DNA of 64,000 bases. Source: Eledone cirrhosa (lineage: Eukaryota). The DNA is taken from positions 44,640,001 to 44,704,000 of the forward strand of contig OZ024748.1 in assembly GCA_964016885.1 (NCBI GenBank), written 5' to 3'. This document shows positions 25,585 through 39,589 of the stretch, one piece after another; position 1 is the stretch's first letter; each line of letters starts with the position of its first letter. The position numbers and the translations under genes are program-made. Under the pieces are notes generated by a model that worked only from the letters and a program-made list of their open reading frames with translations, did no database searches and had not been told where the DNA came from.

Positions 25585-27290
25585 CATCATCATCATCATT
25601 GTTTAACGTCAATCTTCCACGCTAGCATGGGTTAGACGGGTTTGTCCCATTTGAGGCAAGTTGGGTCGGGCGACTCGTATAAAACTGTTTCTGGCTAAAT
25701 TTCTATGGCTGGTTGCCCTTCCTAATGCCAACCACATTTACAGTGTGGACTGGATGCTTTTTGTCTTGACACCTACATGACCACTTTACAGTGTGGACTG
25801 GGTGCTTTTTGTCTTGACACCTACATGACCACTTTACAGTGTGGACTGAGTGCTTTTTGTTTTGACACCTACATGACCACTTTACAGTGTGGACTGGGTG
25901 CTTTTTGTCTTGACACCTAGATGACCACTTTATAGTGTGGACTGGGTGCTTTTTGTCTCGACACCTACATGACCACTTTACAGTGTGGACTGCTGGGTGC
26001 TTTTTGTCTTGACACCTACATGACCACTTTATAGTGTGGACTGGGTGCTTTTTGTCTTGACACCTACATTGCCACTTTACAGTGTGGACTGGGTGCTTTT
26101 TATCTTGACACCTACATGACCACTTTACAGTGTGGACTGGGTACTTTTTATCTTGACCCCTACATGACTACTTTACAGTGTGGACTGGGGGCTTTTTGTC
26201 TTGACACCTATATGACCCCTTTACAGTGTGGACTGGGTGCTTTTTGTCTTGACACCTACATGACCACTTTTACAGTGTGGACTGGGTGCTTTTTGTCTTG
26301 ACCCCTACATGACCACTTTACAGTGTGGACTGGGTGCTTTTTGTCTTGACACCTACATGACCACTTTATAGTGAGGACTGGGTGCTTTTTGTCTTGACAC
26401 CTACATTGCCACTTTACAGTGTGGACTGGGTGCTTTTTATCTTGACACCTACATGACCACTTTACAGTGTGGACTGGGTACTTTTTATCTTGACCCCTAC
26501 ATGACTACTTTACAGTGTGGACTGGGGGCTTTTTGTCTTGACACCTATATGACCCCTTTACAGTGTGGACTGGGTGCTTTTTGTCTTGACACCTATATGA
26601 CCACTTTACAGTGTGGACTGGGTGCTTCTTGTCTTGACACCCACATGACCACTTTACAGTGTGGACTGGGTGCTTTTTGTCTTGACACCTACATGACCAC
26701 TTTACAATGTGGACTGGATGCTTTTTATCTTGACACCTACATGACCACTTTACAGTGTGGACTGGGTACTTTTTGTCTTGACACCTACATGACCACTTTA
26801 CAGTGTGGACTGAGTGCTTTTTATCTTGACACCTACATTACCACTTTACAGTGTGGACTGGGTACTTTTTGTCTTGACACCTACATGACCACTTTACAAT
26901 GTGGACTGGGTACTTTTTGTCTTGACACCTACATGACCACTTTACAGTGTGGACTGAGTGCTTTTTATCTTGACACCTACATTACCACTTTACAGTGTGG
27001 ACTGGGTACTTTTTGTCTTGACACCTACATGACCACTTTACAATGTGGACTGGGTACTTTTTGTCTTGACACCTACATGACCACTTTACAGTGTGGACTG
27101 GGGGCTTTTTGTCTTGACACCTACATGACCACTTTACAGTGTGGACTAGGGGCTTTTTGTGATACCAACATAACTTTGCAGAGTAAGGATGGTGTGGACA
27201 GGAGAAGGAGGGTAGTATAAGGGGAGTTTATGGAAGGGGGGTATAGTGGATTAAGAGGTGCCTACTGGGTGTAAGTTTGAGTCTGTGCAC
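25585..27290 (-). mobile_element. RTE 3' UTR with a 48-bp segment amplified about 30 times (25736-27160)
   Basis: Unit ctacatgaccactttacagtgtggactgggtgctttttgtcttgacac; both flanks continue the RTE UTR. Confidence 0.8.
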
Positions 27291-27444
27291 AACAGAATGC
27301 AGGGAGAGGGAGACGAGAGAAAGAGAAAGGAGATGAGAGAGAGAAAGGAGATGAGAGAAAGAGAAAGGAGATGACAGAAAGAGAAAGAGAAAGGAGATGA
27401 GAGAGAGACAGAGAGAGACTGACTAATATAAGGAAAAACAGTAT

Positions 27445-28632
27445 AAGGTTGTACGTTAAGTCTTCCATAGTTCAGCTATCTTACCAGTAGTAGGTTGTAC
27501 GTTAAGTCTTCCATAGTTCAGCTATCTTAACAGTAGTAGGTTGTACGTTAAGTCTTCCATAGTTCAGCTATCTTACCAGTAGTAGGTTGTACGTTAAGTC
27601 TTCCATAGTTCAGCTATCTTAACAGTAGTAGGTTGTACGTTAAGTCTTCCATAGTTCAGCTATCTTACCAGTAGTAGGTTGTACGTTAAGTCTTCCATAG
27701 TTCAGCTATTTTAACAGTAGTAGGTTGTATGTTAAGTCTTCCATAGTTCAGCTATTTTAACAGTAGTAGGTTGTATGTTAAGTCTTCCATAGTTGAGCTA
27801 TCTTACCAGTAGTAGGTTGTATGTTAAGTCTTCCATAGTTCAGCTATCTTAACAGTAGTAGGTTGTATGTTAAGTCTTCCATAGTTGAGCTATCTTACCA
27901 GTAGTAGGTTGTATGTTAAGTCTTCCATAGTTCAGCTATCTTACCAGTAGTAGGTTGTATGTTAAGTCTTCCATAGTTCAGCTATCTTACCAGTAGTAGG
28001 TTGTACGTTAAGTTTTCCATAGTTCAGCTATCTTACCAGTAGTAGGTTGTATGTTAAGTCTTCCATAGTTCAGCTATCTTACCAGTAGTAGGTTGTATGT
28101 TAAGTCTTCCATAGTTCAGCTATCTTACCAGTAGTAGGTTGTATGTTAAGTCTTCCATAGTTCAGCTATCTTACCAGTAGTAGGTTGTATGTTAAGTCTT
28201 CCATAGTTCAGCTATCTTACCAGTAGTAGGTTGTATGTTAAGTCTTCCATAGTTCAGCTATCTTACCAGTAGTAGGTTGTACGTTAAGTCTTCCATAGTT
28301 GAGCTATCTTACCAGTAGTAGGTTGTATGTTAAGTCTTCCATAGTTCAGCTATCTTACCAGTAGTAGGTTGTACGTTAAGTCTTCCATAGTTGAGCTATC
28401 TTACCAGTAGTAGGTTGTATGTTAAGTCTTCCATAGTTGAGCTATCTTACCAGTAGTAGGTTGTATGTTAAGTCTTCCATAGTTGAGCTATCTTACCAGT
28501 AGTAGGTTGTACGTTAAGTCTTCCATAGTTCAGCTATCTTACCAGTAGTAGGTTGTATGTTAAGTCTTCCATAGTTCAGCTATCTTACCAGTAGTAGGTT
28601 GTATGTTAAGTCTTCCATAGTTCTGCTATCTT
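27445..28632. repeat. 46-bp minisatellite (about 26 copies)
   Basis: Unit taggttgtacgttaagtcttccatagttcagctatcttaccagtag. Confidence 0.95.
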
Positions 28633-28689
28633 GTGAAAACCTACATTTGTAAACAATATTATCAACTACAAAAAAAACACTGCTACCAC

Positions 28690-29000
28690 AAACAACAACA
28701 CCACCACCACCATTATCAACAGCAACACCACCACCACCACCACCATTATCAACACCACCACCACTACCACCATTATCAACACCACCATCACCATTATCAG
28801 CAACACCACCACCATTAACACCACCACCATTATCAACACCACCACCACCATTATCAGCAACACCACCACCATTAACACCACCACCATTATCAACACCACC
28901 ACCACCATTATCAGCAACACCACCACCATTAACACCACCACCATTATCAACACCACCACCACCATTATCAACAGTAACAACAACAACAACAACAGTAACA
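28690..29000. repeat. (CAC/CAA)-rich low-complexity repeat
   Basis: Direct reading. Confidence 0.9.
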
Positions 29001-29416
29001 TAACAAGAGCTATTGATGTGGTTTATTGAGGTGAAGGAAGTTAACCTTACATTGGAGGTTGGATATCTTAAATGTAGAGGTAGACACACTGACACACACA
29101 TACTGACTGACACACACACACTGGTAGAGACAGACACACACATACAGACACACACACACACACACACACACACACTGGTAGAGACACACACAGACAGACA
29201 TACTGACACACACACACACAGACAGACAAACTAAGTCAGATAAAAATTGAATTAGTATAAAAGTACTCCTGTATGTCATTGAAAGATTGGGGAAATGGTG
29301 TGTGTGTGTGTGTGAATGTGTGTGTGTGTGTGTGTGAATGTGTGACTGTGTTTAGGTGTGTGAGTGGTGTGAGTGAGTGTGTGTGAATGCTTATATGTGT
29401 GTGTGTCTATATAAAA

Positions 29417-29584
29417 GGCCAGCAAATTACCCAGTGCATTACTGGTGCTTTATTTTATCGACTCCATAAGGATAAAAGGCAAAGTTAACCTCGGCGGGAT
29501 TTGAACCCAGAATTTACAAGGGCCGTAACTCTATGCGTCAAAGCATGGTGTCCAACGCTCTACCGATACTGCCAATCCGCCGCC
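29417..29584 (-). mobile_element. tRNA-derived SINE family A
   Basis: Reverse complement of 32527-32690. Confidence 0.8.
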
Positions 29585-29681
29585 CTAGAGACAATAGTGA
29601 GAGGTATACAGATATATGTGCATACATACATATACATGTATATATAAACATATATTTTTCACAAGTATATATATATATATA

Positions 29682-30062
29682 TGTAAATGTGGTTGGTGTT
29701 AGGAAGGGCATCCAGCCGTAGAAAACCTGCCAGATAGTCCTATACAAGCGAGACATGGTCACCCGACCAATCTTGCCTCAAGTGGGACAATTCCCGTCTA
29801 AACCCATGCTAGCGTGGCAGATAGACGTTAAACGATGATGATGATGATAGAGAGAGAGGTGGTCATGTAGGTGTCATGACAAAAAAGCACCCAGTACTCA
29901 CTGTAAATGAGGTTGCTGTTAGGAAGGGCATCCAGCTGTAGAAACCCAGCCAAAATCAGTTCCGTATGAGCAAGACAAGGTCACCTGACCTAACATTGCC
30001 CACAACAGGACAACTCTTCTAACCCATGCTAGTGTGGAAGAATGGACGTAAAACGGTGATGA

Positions 30063-30064
<2 letters not shown>
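29682..30064 (+). mobile_element. Two RTE-tail fragments with (GAT)n ends
   Basis: gttaggaagggcatccagc...acccatgctag...gatgat. Confidence 0.75.
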
Positions 30065-30099
<35 letters not shown>

Positions 30100-30225
30100 T
30101 TGAAACATTTAACTAAATAAACCAGTCCAATAACAGGGTATATAAACCCACTGAACGGAAATGATACGAGGAAGGCTTCTATTTCAATTTTCAAACTTCA
30201 CTTGCCGCTTTCTAAACATAATTGC

Positions 30226-30310
<85 letters not shown>

Positions 30311-30313
<3 letters not shown>

Positions 30314-31836
30314 TTAGTTATACTATTTATGGTTATGTAAACACAAAGCCTTAAGCAGTTGTAAGTATTTTACACACACCCTAAATAGTGGTAGGCAGTA
30401 ATGTATTACTACCTTATTACCAGTAAGTTAAGTAGCTCAATGTAAAAACATCAGATGATTTACAGAGCAGTTATATGAAATATAAGAATCAAAGAACTGT
30501 TCAAAACATTATTGTGCTTACAGCTGTTTCCTCCAAACCGAGGTTTGGATTCTTCGGAGCAATTTATTAATGCATGGACAGTTATATGACCTCCTTTTCA
30601 GCCGAGAGACATACCAATACATATTCAAACATTGATACATATTCAAACATTGTGGGTCAACATTCATTACAGAATTTAGAGTGGCAGTACACACTTCGAG
30701 ATTACATTTATATTAATAGGTACAATCAAAAATCAAAGATATAGGTTAAAGTACAACATGAAGATAAGTGGTTATATAGTGCAAATGTTATATGTGTGGC
30801 ACGCATGTGCGTCTTGTTTATATAGTGTGGCAGAGAGATATGTGTGGTAGAGGCACTTAGGTAGGTAAATAAGAGTGTTAGGTTGGTAGATCTGGTGGCA
30901 AAGTCTTTATATGATTGATGTAGTCTGTGTGTGGAGAAATATTATAAGCATTAAAGATAGTGCAAGCATTAAAAGTGTTATAAGTATTGGAGATGCACAG
31001 CGCAGGGATGTCAAGTAATTCATGTACTTCGGCATTTTCATGGTCAAGGGAGTGTATATTTCGATTATATGCCTTTCACATAATCCACGACAATCCAGTT
31101 AGAGATCGTAGTCTGGTGTTCTTTAGTTCGATACAGGAGGTTGTTACGGTATTCAATGGCGTTTCTCGAAACGTAACAACCTCCTGTATCGAACTAAAGA
31201 ACACCAGACTACGATCTCTAACTGGATTGTCGTGGATTATGTGAAAGGCATATAATCGAAATATACACTCCCTTGACCATGAAAATGCCGAAGTACATGA
31301 ATTACTTGACATCCCTGCGCTGTGCATCTCCAATACTTATAACACTTTTAATGCTTGCACTATCTTTAATGCTTATAATATTTCTCCACACACAGACTAC
31401 ATCAATCATATAAAGACTTTGCCACCAGATCTACCAACCTAACACTCTTATTTACCTACCTAAGTGCCTCTACCACACATATCTCTCTGCCACACTATAT
31501 AAACAAGACGCACATGCGTGCCACACATATAACATTTGCACTATATAACCACTTATCTTCATGTTGTACTTTAACCTATATCTTTGATTTTTGATTGTAC
31601 CTATTAATATAAATGTAATCTCGAAGTGTGTACTGCCACTCTAAATTCTGTAATGAATGTTGACCCACAATGTTTGAATATGTATCAATGTTTGAATATG
31701 TATTGGTATGTCTCTCGGCTGAAAAGGAGGTCATATAACTGTCCATGCATTAATAAATTGCTCCGAAGAATCCAAACCTCGGTTTGGAGGAAACAGCTGT
31801 AAGCACAATAATGTTTTGAACAGTTCTTTGATTCTT

Positions 31837-31848
<12 letters not shown>
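30311..31848 (-). mobile_element. Long fold-back element, family H2: 677-bp inverted arms (30472-31148 / 31172-31848), 23-nt loop, ~160-bp extension, flanked by (TA)n
   Basis: Arms read as exact reverse complements where checked; variant HHR in each arm (31759-31805 +, 30515-30561 -). Confidence 0.85.
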
Positions 31849-31881
<33 letters not shown>

Positions 31882-31882
<1 letters not shown>

Positions 31883-32123
31883 GAAGGAGATGGATCATGA
31901 ACCAGAGATATATAACGATAAGGAGATATATAACGCACCAGAGAACTCAATACTTAGGGTAGTAGAGTGGGTAATAGGAGAAAGTATGACCCCCGACGGC
32001 AGAGCTCAAGCCGTTTCGACGGCTATTTCTAGACTAAAGTAAGAGTTTTTAAAAAAACTCTTACTTTAGTCCAGAAATACCCGTCGAAACGGCTTGAGCT
32101 CTGCCTTGGGGGTCATACTTTCT

Positions 32124-32128
<5 letters not shown>
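31882..32128. repeat. Fold-back element with ~77-bp arms (31974-32050 / 32052-32128) plus left extension, in (TA)n
   Basis: Near-perfect inverted arms. Confidence 0.8.
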
Positions 32129-32196
<68 letters not shown>

Positions 32197-32526
32197 AAAT
32201 ATGGAGAAAAATACTGCAGGTAGCGCATGGATAACATGTAATAAAATGAGTCCCTCATCAGTGATTTGCCGACGATCATAGATATTTCATTGCATTAAAA
32301 ATCATATACCTCACGTCGGTGCAATAATAACTAAAATAAGTTATTAGGACAATTAAAAGGCGTAAAGCGAGTGAGACAGGAGAACAACAAAGAGTATAGC
32401 TAACGATATATATATATATATATACATTTACATACATACATACATACAGTCATATGCACGTCACAACTGAATGAACTTAATGAAAATTTGACGCCTCGTC
32501 CATGCTTATTATTTAGGTGAATTAAG

Positions 32527-32712
32527 GGCGGTGGATTGGCAGTATCGCTAGAGGGTTGGACGCCATGCTTTCTAGCATAGTTACGTCCCTTTACAGTCTG
32601 AGTTCAAATCCCGCTGAGGTTAACTTTGCCTTTCATCCTTATGGGGTCGATAAAATAAATACCAGTAATGTACTGGGTAATTGCTGGCCTTGTGCCTAAA
32701 GTAGAAACAATT
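32527..32712 (+). mobile_element. tRNA-derived SINE family A, near full length
   Basis: ggcggtggattggcag 5' end, B-box gagttcaaatccc, conserved body. Confidence 0.8.
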
Positions 32713-32848
32713 ATTTATATATTATATCGTATATATATATATATGGAGAGAGAGACAGATATGTAAAATCCCATTAATTAGGGGTCTCTTTGGTCTCAGC
32801 ACTGCATACTGTGTGTGTGTGTGTGTGTGTGTACACATATATACATAT

Positions 32849-32899
<51 letters not shown>

Positions 32900-33480
32900 T
32901 ACATATATATATATATACACATACACATATATACATATATATATATATATACACACATATATACATATATATATACACGTAAACACATACACACATATAT
33001 ACATACACATACACACATACACACACACATATATATATATATACACATACACACATACACACATATATATATATATACACATACACACATACACACATAT
33101 ATATATATATATACACATACACACATACACACACATATATATATATATATATATACGCATACACACATACACACATATATATATATATATACACATACAC
33201 ACACATATATATATATATATATACACATACACACATATATACACATACACACACATATATACATATACACATATATATACACACACACATACATATATAT
33301 ATATAGCTGCATGAAAGCAAGATGAGTTAATATACGTGTGAGTTAGCGCAATCAACACTCAACGATACATGAAATGGGTTTACTGTCCCAGGGTGGCAAT
33401 TAATGATTCGATTTTTAAATGTTCGGTGAACAGAAGGAAGAAACGGCTTGGAGAGTTGAGAGATGGAATAACTGACAGGA

Positions 33481-34690
33481 ACACACACACACAAACACAC
33501 ACAACACATACACACACACATACAGAGATACATATACACAGAAACACACATACACACAGACACATAGAATCACACAAACCCACACACAGACACACACAGA
33601 AACACACAGAAACATACACACACACACATACAGAGATACATATACACAGAAACACACATACACACAGACACATAGAATCACACAAACCCACACACAGACA
33701 CACACAGAAACACACACACACACACATACAGAGATACATATACACAGAAACACACATACACACAGACACATAGAATCACACAAACCCACACACAGACACA
33801 CACAGAAACACACAGAAACATACACACACACACATACAGAGATACATATACACAGAAACACACATACACACAGACACATAGAATCACACAAACCCACACA
33901 CAGACACACACAGAAACACACAGAAACATACACACACACACATACAGAGATACATATACACAGAAACACACATACACACAGACACATAGAATCACACAAA
34001 CCCACACACAGACACACACAGAAACACACAGAAACATACACACACACACATACAGAGATACATATACACAGAAACACACATACACACAGACACATAGAAT
34101 CACACAAACCCACACACAGACACACACAGAAACACACAGAAACATACACACACACACATACAGAGATACATATACACAGAAACACACATACACACAGACA
34201 CATAGAATCACACAAACCCACACACAGACACACACAGAAACACACAGAAACATACACACACACACATACAGAGATACATATACACAGAAACACACATACA
34301 CACAGGCACACACACAGACACACAGAATCACACAAACACACACACACATACACACATACACACACATATACACACACAGACACACACAGAAACATACACA
34401 CACACATATAGAGATACATATACACAGAAACACACATACACACAGGCACACACACACAGAAACAGACACACAGAAACACACAAACATACACACACACATA
34501 CAGAGATACATATACACAGAAACACACATACACACAGGCACACACACACACACACAGAAACACACACACAGACACACACACACAGAAACACACACACACA
34601 CACAGAGAAACACATAAACATACACGCACACACACACAGAGAAACACACAAACATACACACACACATACAGAGATACACATACACACACA
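33481..34690. repeat. CA-rich higher-order minisatellite
   Basis: Recurring catagaatcacacaaaccc blocks. Confidence 0.9.
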
Positions 34691-34740
34691 TCATCCAACT
34701 ATAATTATGCATGTTTGGCTGCAGTAAAGCATTCCAGCTC

Positions 34741-36568
34741 CACCCGGCTACCACCACCACCACCAGCCCTACCCATTCACCACCACCACCACCAGCCCTA
34801 CCCGTTCATTACCCTCACCACCACCACCAGCCCTACCCGTTCATTACCCTCACCACCACCACCAGCCCTACCCGTTCATTACCCTCACCACTGCCACCAC
34901 CACCACCAGCTCCACCCGTTCATTACCCTCACCACTGCCACCACCACCACCCATTCATTACCCTCACCACTGCCACCTCCACCACCAGCTCCACCTATTC
35001 ATTACCCTCACCACTGCCACCTCCACCACCCATTCATTACCCTCACCACTGCCACCTCCACCACCAGCTCCACCTATTCATTACCCTCACCACTGCCACC
35101 TCCACCACCCATTCATTACCCTCACCACTGCCACCTCCACCACCAGCTCCACCTATTCATTACCCTCACCACTGCCACCTCCACCACCCATTCATTACCC
35201 TCACCACTGCCACCTCCACCACCCATTCATTACCCTCACCACTGCCACCACCACCACCAGCTCCACCTATTCATTACCCTCACCACTGCCACCTCCACCA
35301 CCAGCTCCACCCGTTCATTACCCTCACCACTGCCACCACCACCACCCATTCATTACCCTCACCACTGCCACCTCCACCACCAGCTCCACCTATTCATTAC
35401 CCTCACCACTGCCACCTCCACCACCCATTCATTACCCTCACCACTGCCACCTCCACCTATTCATTACCCTCACCACTGCCACCTCCACCACCCATTCATT
35501 ACCCTCACCACTGCCACCTCCACCACCAGCTCCACCTATTCATTACCCTCACCACTGCCACCACCACCACCCATTCATTACCCTCACCACTGCCACCTCC
35601 ACCACCAGCTCCACCTATTCATTACCCTCACCACTGCCACCTCCACCACCCATTCATTACCCTCACCACTGCCACCTCCACCACCAGCTCCACCACCACC
35701 ACCAGCCCCACCCATTCATTACCCTCACCACTGCCACCACCACCACCAGCCCCACCTATTCATTACCCTCACCACTTCCACCACCACCACCAGCCCCACC
35801 CATTCATTACCCTCACCACTGCCACCACCACCACCAGCCCCACCCGTTCACTACCCCCCCAGCCCCCACCCATCACAGCATACCAGTGTTATTGATTTGT
35901 ATGGTATGGACAATACAACAGCTACTTTCGGGTCCAGTCTCTCTCACACACTTCTAAATCACCACCACCACCACCACCACCACCACAGCAGTATCACCAT
36001 CACCACCACCACCACCACCACCACAGCCACAGCAGTATCACCATCACCACCATCACCACCACCACCACCACCACCACCACAGCAGTATCACCATCACCAC
36101 CACCACCACCACAGCCACAGCAGTATCACCATCACCACCATCACCACCACCACCACCACAGCAGTATCACCATCACCACCACCACCACCACAGCCACAGC
36201 AGTATCACCATCACCACCATCACCACCACCACCACCACCACAGCAGTATCACCATCACCACCACCACCACCACAGCCACAGCAGTATCACCATCACCACC
36301 ACCACCACCACCACCACCACCACCACCACAGCAGTATCACCATCACCACCACCACCACCACAGCCACAGCAGTATCACCATCACCACCATCACCACCACC
36401 ACCACCACAGCAGTATCACCATCACCATCACCACCACCACCACCACCACCACCACCACAACAGCAGTACCACCATCACCACCATCACCATCAATATCACC
36501 AGCACAACCAACAATAACAACAACATCACCACCACCAGCACCACCACAAACAACACCAACATTACCAC

Positions 36569-36606
<38 letters not shown>

Positions 36607-36735
36607 ATAATACCACCAGCCACAACATCACTACCAGCACTAGCATCACCGACATAAACATACAAGTACCATCAACAGCAACAACATCACTAAAACCATC
36701 AACACCAGCAACAACAGCAACATTACCACCACCTT
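34741..36735. repeat. CCA/CAC-rich minisatellites (cattcattaccctcaccactgccacc; cagcagtatcaccatcacc) and short (CAG)n
   Basis: Direct reading. Confidence 0.9.
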
Positions 36736-36879
36736 ATACTATATATATGATATGTATCAATATTTAATATCTCTACTGCCCCCACCACTCCCTTAGCCCC
36801 CAGTGCCCTCTAGACCTTCTCAACACGCCCCAGAGATCAGTAATACCCACTTTGAGGACTTCTGTGTTACTGCATATTG

Positions 36880-38093
36880 AGCATAGCTAGTCCCCTAAAA
36901 GTTACAGTCTTGCCCTATTTCATACTTATGAAAACTTTAGTTATTGCAAGGCTCCCTTTAGGGTTCTTTCATTCTAGATTTTGTTTCTATGTCTGGAACT
37001 TCCGTAATTCTTCTAGTTTCAGTTATGAGTGATGGATCATCAACAAATAGGAATTCCTAAGGACAATCCTAGTCTGGAATTCCTCTGTTATGGCCAGGAG
37101 GACTATTATAAACAGGAGGGGGATGGGAACAGAACATTGTAGGACTCCTACCCACATGTTAAATTTATCATTGTTAGCTCTCACCTTGCTCACTGCACCT
37201 CCCTACATATAGTTTATACATTATACACCCCCGTCCCACCACCCCCCACCCCATCCACACCGCCCCTTTCAATGTAAAGTTATGTTGGTGCCACAACATC
37301 CAGGCCGAAACAAATGAGATCGTGTAGGTGTCACGAAAAAAAAAACACACAGTCCACGCTGTAATGTGACCGTGTAGGCAACACGGTAAAAACGTCCCAG
37401 TCCCACACTGTAAATGTGGTTGGTGTTAGGAAGGGCATCCAGCTGTAGAAAACCTGCCAGACAGTCCACGCTGTAATGTGGCCGTGTAGGCAACACGGTA
37501 AAAACCTCCCAGCCCCACACTGTAAATGTGGTTGGTGTTAGGAAGGGCATCCAACTGTAGAAAACCCGCCAGACAGTCCTATGCGAGCAAGACAACCACT
37601 CTTGCCTCAAGTGGGAAAACTCCCGTCCAAACCCATGCAAGCATGGAACACGGACGTTAAACGATGATGATGATGATGATGATGATGATTCCTCACTAGC
37701 CACACATCTCTCCTTAGCTTCATAAAAACCTACCAGATTAGAGAACAGGAGATTTTGTCAAAGACATTTTCTAGGTTGGCAAATATTAATCATATGGGGT
37801 CATACTTAGCTAAATACTTCTTCCACAGTTGCCTCCCCAGGAAGATGGCATCGGTAGTATTTCTCTCTGGCATGAAGCCAAACTGCATCTGATCAAGGTT
37901 AACTCTGTCAATTTTGCTATCAATCTTTCAATAATCTTTACAACCCAGTCCAACAATGTCATATCCCTGTAATTGCCTCTCTCTAATGCATCTCCTTTAC
38001 CCTTGTAGCAGTTGACAACAATGTTACTATACCATTGGGTAAGACACCTTCCTGCACCATGTGAGTGACTAACCAGTGTCCTGTTCCACCAGA
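36880..38093 (-). pseudogene. Old degraded RTE RT relic, interrupted by a young RTE-tail insertion at ~37225-37689; continues at 45233-45392
   Basis: Minus strand gives YKGKGDALERGNYR..LLD, and further on segments resembling VGVHQGSVLSPLLFII/AITEEF/ADD and LAKTKV with frameshifts and stops. Confidence 0.8.
37225..37689 (+). mobile_element. Young RTE 3' UTR copy with (GAT)n tail
   Basis: Near-identical to 2362-2818. Confidence 0.85.
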
Positions 38094-39589
38094 TTAAGCC
38101 TTTAGCATTTAAACCAGCCACATCCGGCCAGAATTCTCACCTCTTTCTGTTCAAACCGGCCACTCATACTGATGTTAAGGTATCGTTCTCAAAATAAATA
38201 ACAAAATCTCATAGATCCGATATTATGTGAGATAAAGCCTTTAACATGAAAATATAATAGTAAATATAGAGTAATGTAAATGTTATGTGAGATATTATGT
38301 GAGGTAAAGCCTTTAACAAGAAAATATAATAGTAAATATAGAGTAATGTAAATGTTATGTGAGATATTATGTGAGGTAAAGCCTTTAACAAGAAAATATA
38401 ATAGTAAATATAGAGTAATGTAAATGTTATGTGAGATATTATGTGAGGTAAAGCCTTTAACAAGAAAATATAATAGTAAATATAGAGTAATGTAAATGTT
38501 ATGTGAGATATTATGTGAGGTAAAGCCTTTACCATGAAAATATAATAGTAAATATAGAGTAATGTAAATGTTATGTGAGATATTATGTGAGGTAAAGCCT
38601 TTAACAAGAAAATATAATAGTAAATATAGAGTAATGTAAATGTTATGTGAGATATTATGTGAGGTAAAGCCTTTACCATGAAAATATAATAGTAAATATA
38701 GAGTAATGTAAATGTTATGTGAGATATTATGTGAGGTAAAGCCTTTACCATGAAAATATAATAGTAAATATAGAGTAATGTAAATGTTATGTGAGATATT
38801 ATGTGAGGTAAAGCCTTTAACAAGAAAATATAATAGTAAATATAGAGTAATGTAAATGTTATGTGAGATATTATGTGAGGTAAAGCCTTTACCATGAAAA
38901 TATAATAGTATATATAGAGTAATGTAAATGTTATGTGAGATATTATGTGAGGTAAAGCCTTTACCATGAAAATATAATAGTATATATAGAGTAATGTAAA
39001 TGTTATGTGAGATATTATGTGAGGTAAAGCCTTTACCATGAAAATATAATAGTATATATAGAGTAATGTAAATGTTATGTGAGATATTATGTGAGGTAAA
39101 GCCTTTACTGTGAAAATATAATAGTATATATAGAGTAATGTAAATGTTATGTGAGATATTATGTGAGGTAAAGCCTTTACTGTGAAAATATAATAGTATA
39201 TATAGAGTAATGTAAATGTTATGTGAGATATTATGTGAGGTAAAGCCTTTACCATGAAAATATAATAGTATATATAGAGTAATGTAAATGTTATGTGAGA
39301 TATTATGTGAGGTAAAGCCTTTACCATGAAAATATAATAGTATATATAGAGTGGTTTCTTTATTTGCCACTAGGGCACAAAAGGTAGGGACAGATACAAG
39401 GGGGGAAGTTTACATATAATTAACGAGTACAAAAATATAACAATGAAATAACAACAACAAACGAAGTCCTCAATAGGGAGGGGGCATTAACATGGGTCGC
39501 ACACACCCCGGAAAAAATGTGCAACCCTTCTCCTCAGGAGCACAAAGAGTAGGTGCTTCCCTCGTCTCCTCTTTTTCCTCTTCTTTCAC

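Noticed and set aside
27445-28632. Regular 44-80-bp arrays as possible CRISPR arrays
   Set aside because: Head-to-tail repeats without unique spacers, no cas genes, eukaryotic context.
30987-31333. Identical 85-aa ORFs on both strands; also a short KRNNLLYRTKEH peptide reminiscent of GIY-YIG
   Set aside because: The twin ORFs are a consequence of the palindrome; the peptide is too short and lacks the GIY/YIG motifs to call.
32195-32345. Repeat (second copy at 46610-46760) with CTGATGA on the minus strand
   Set aside because: Could not find a GAAA and stems completing a hammerhead; left as an unclassified dispersed repeat.
34711-36517. 394- and 600-aa Pro/His/Thr-rich ORFs resembling extensin or mucin
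   Set aside because: CCA-based minisatellite open in several frames and cycling through the same three peptides; no splice or domain evidence.
37032-37211. Short plus-strand ORF after a tttcag acceptor-like site
   Set aside because: It is the antisense of the degraded RTE relic.
38189-39370. 393- and 372-aa repetitive ORFs (also 10795-11604 and 26453-27220)
   Set aside because: Products of 72-bp and 48-bp tandem units whose length is a multiple of three.
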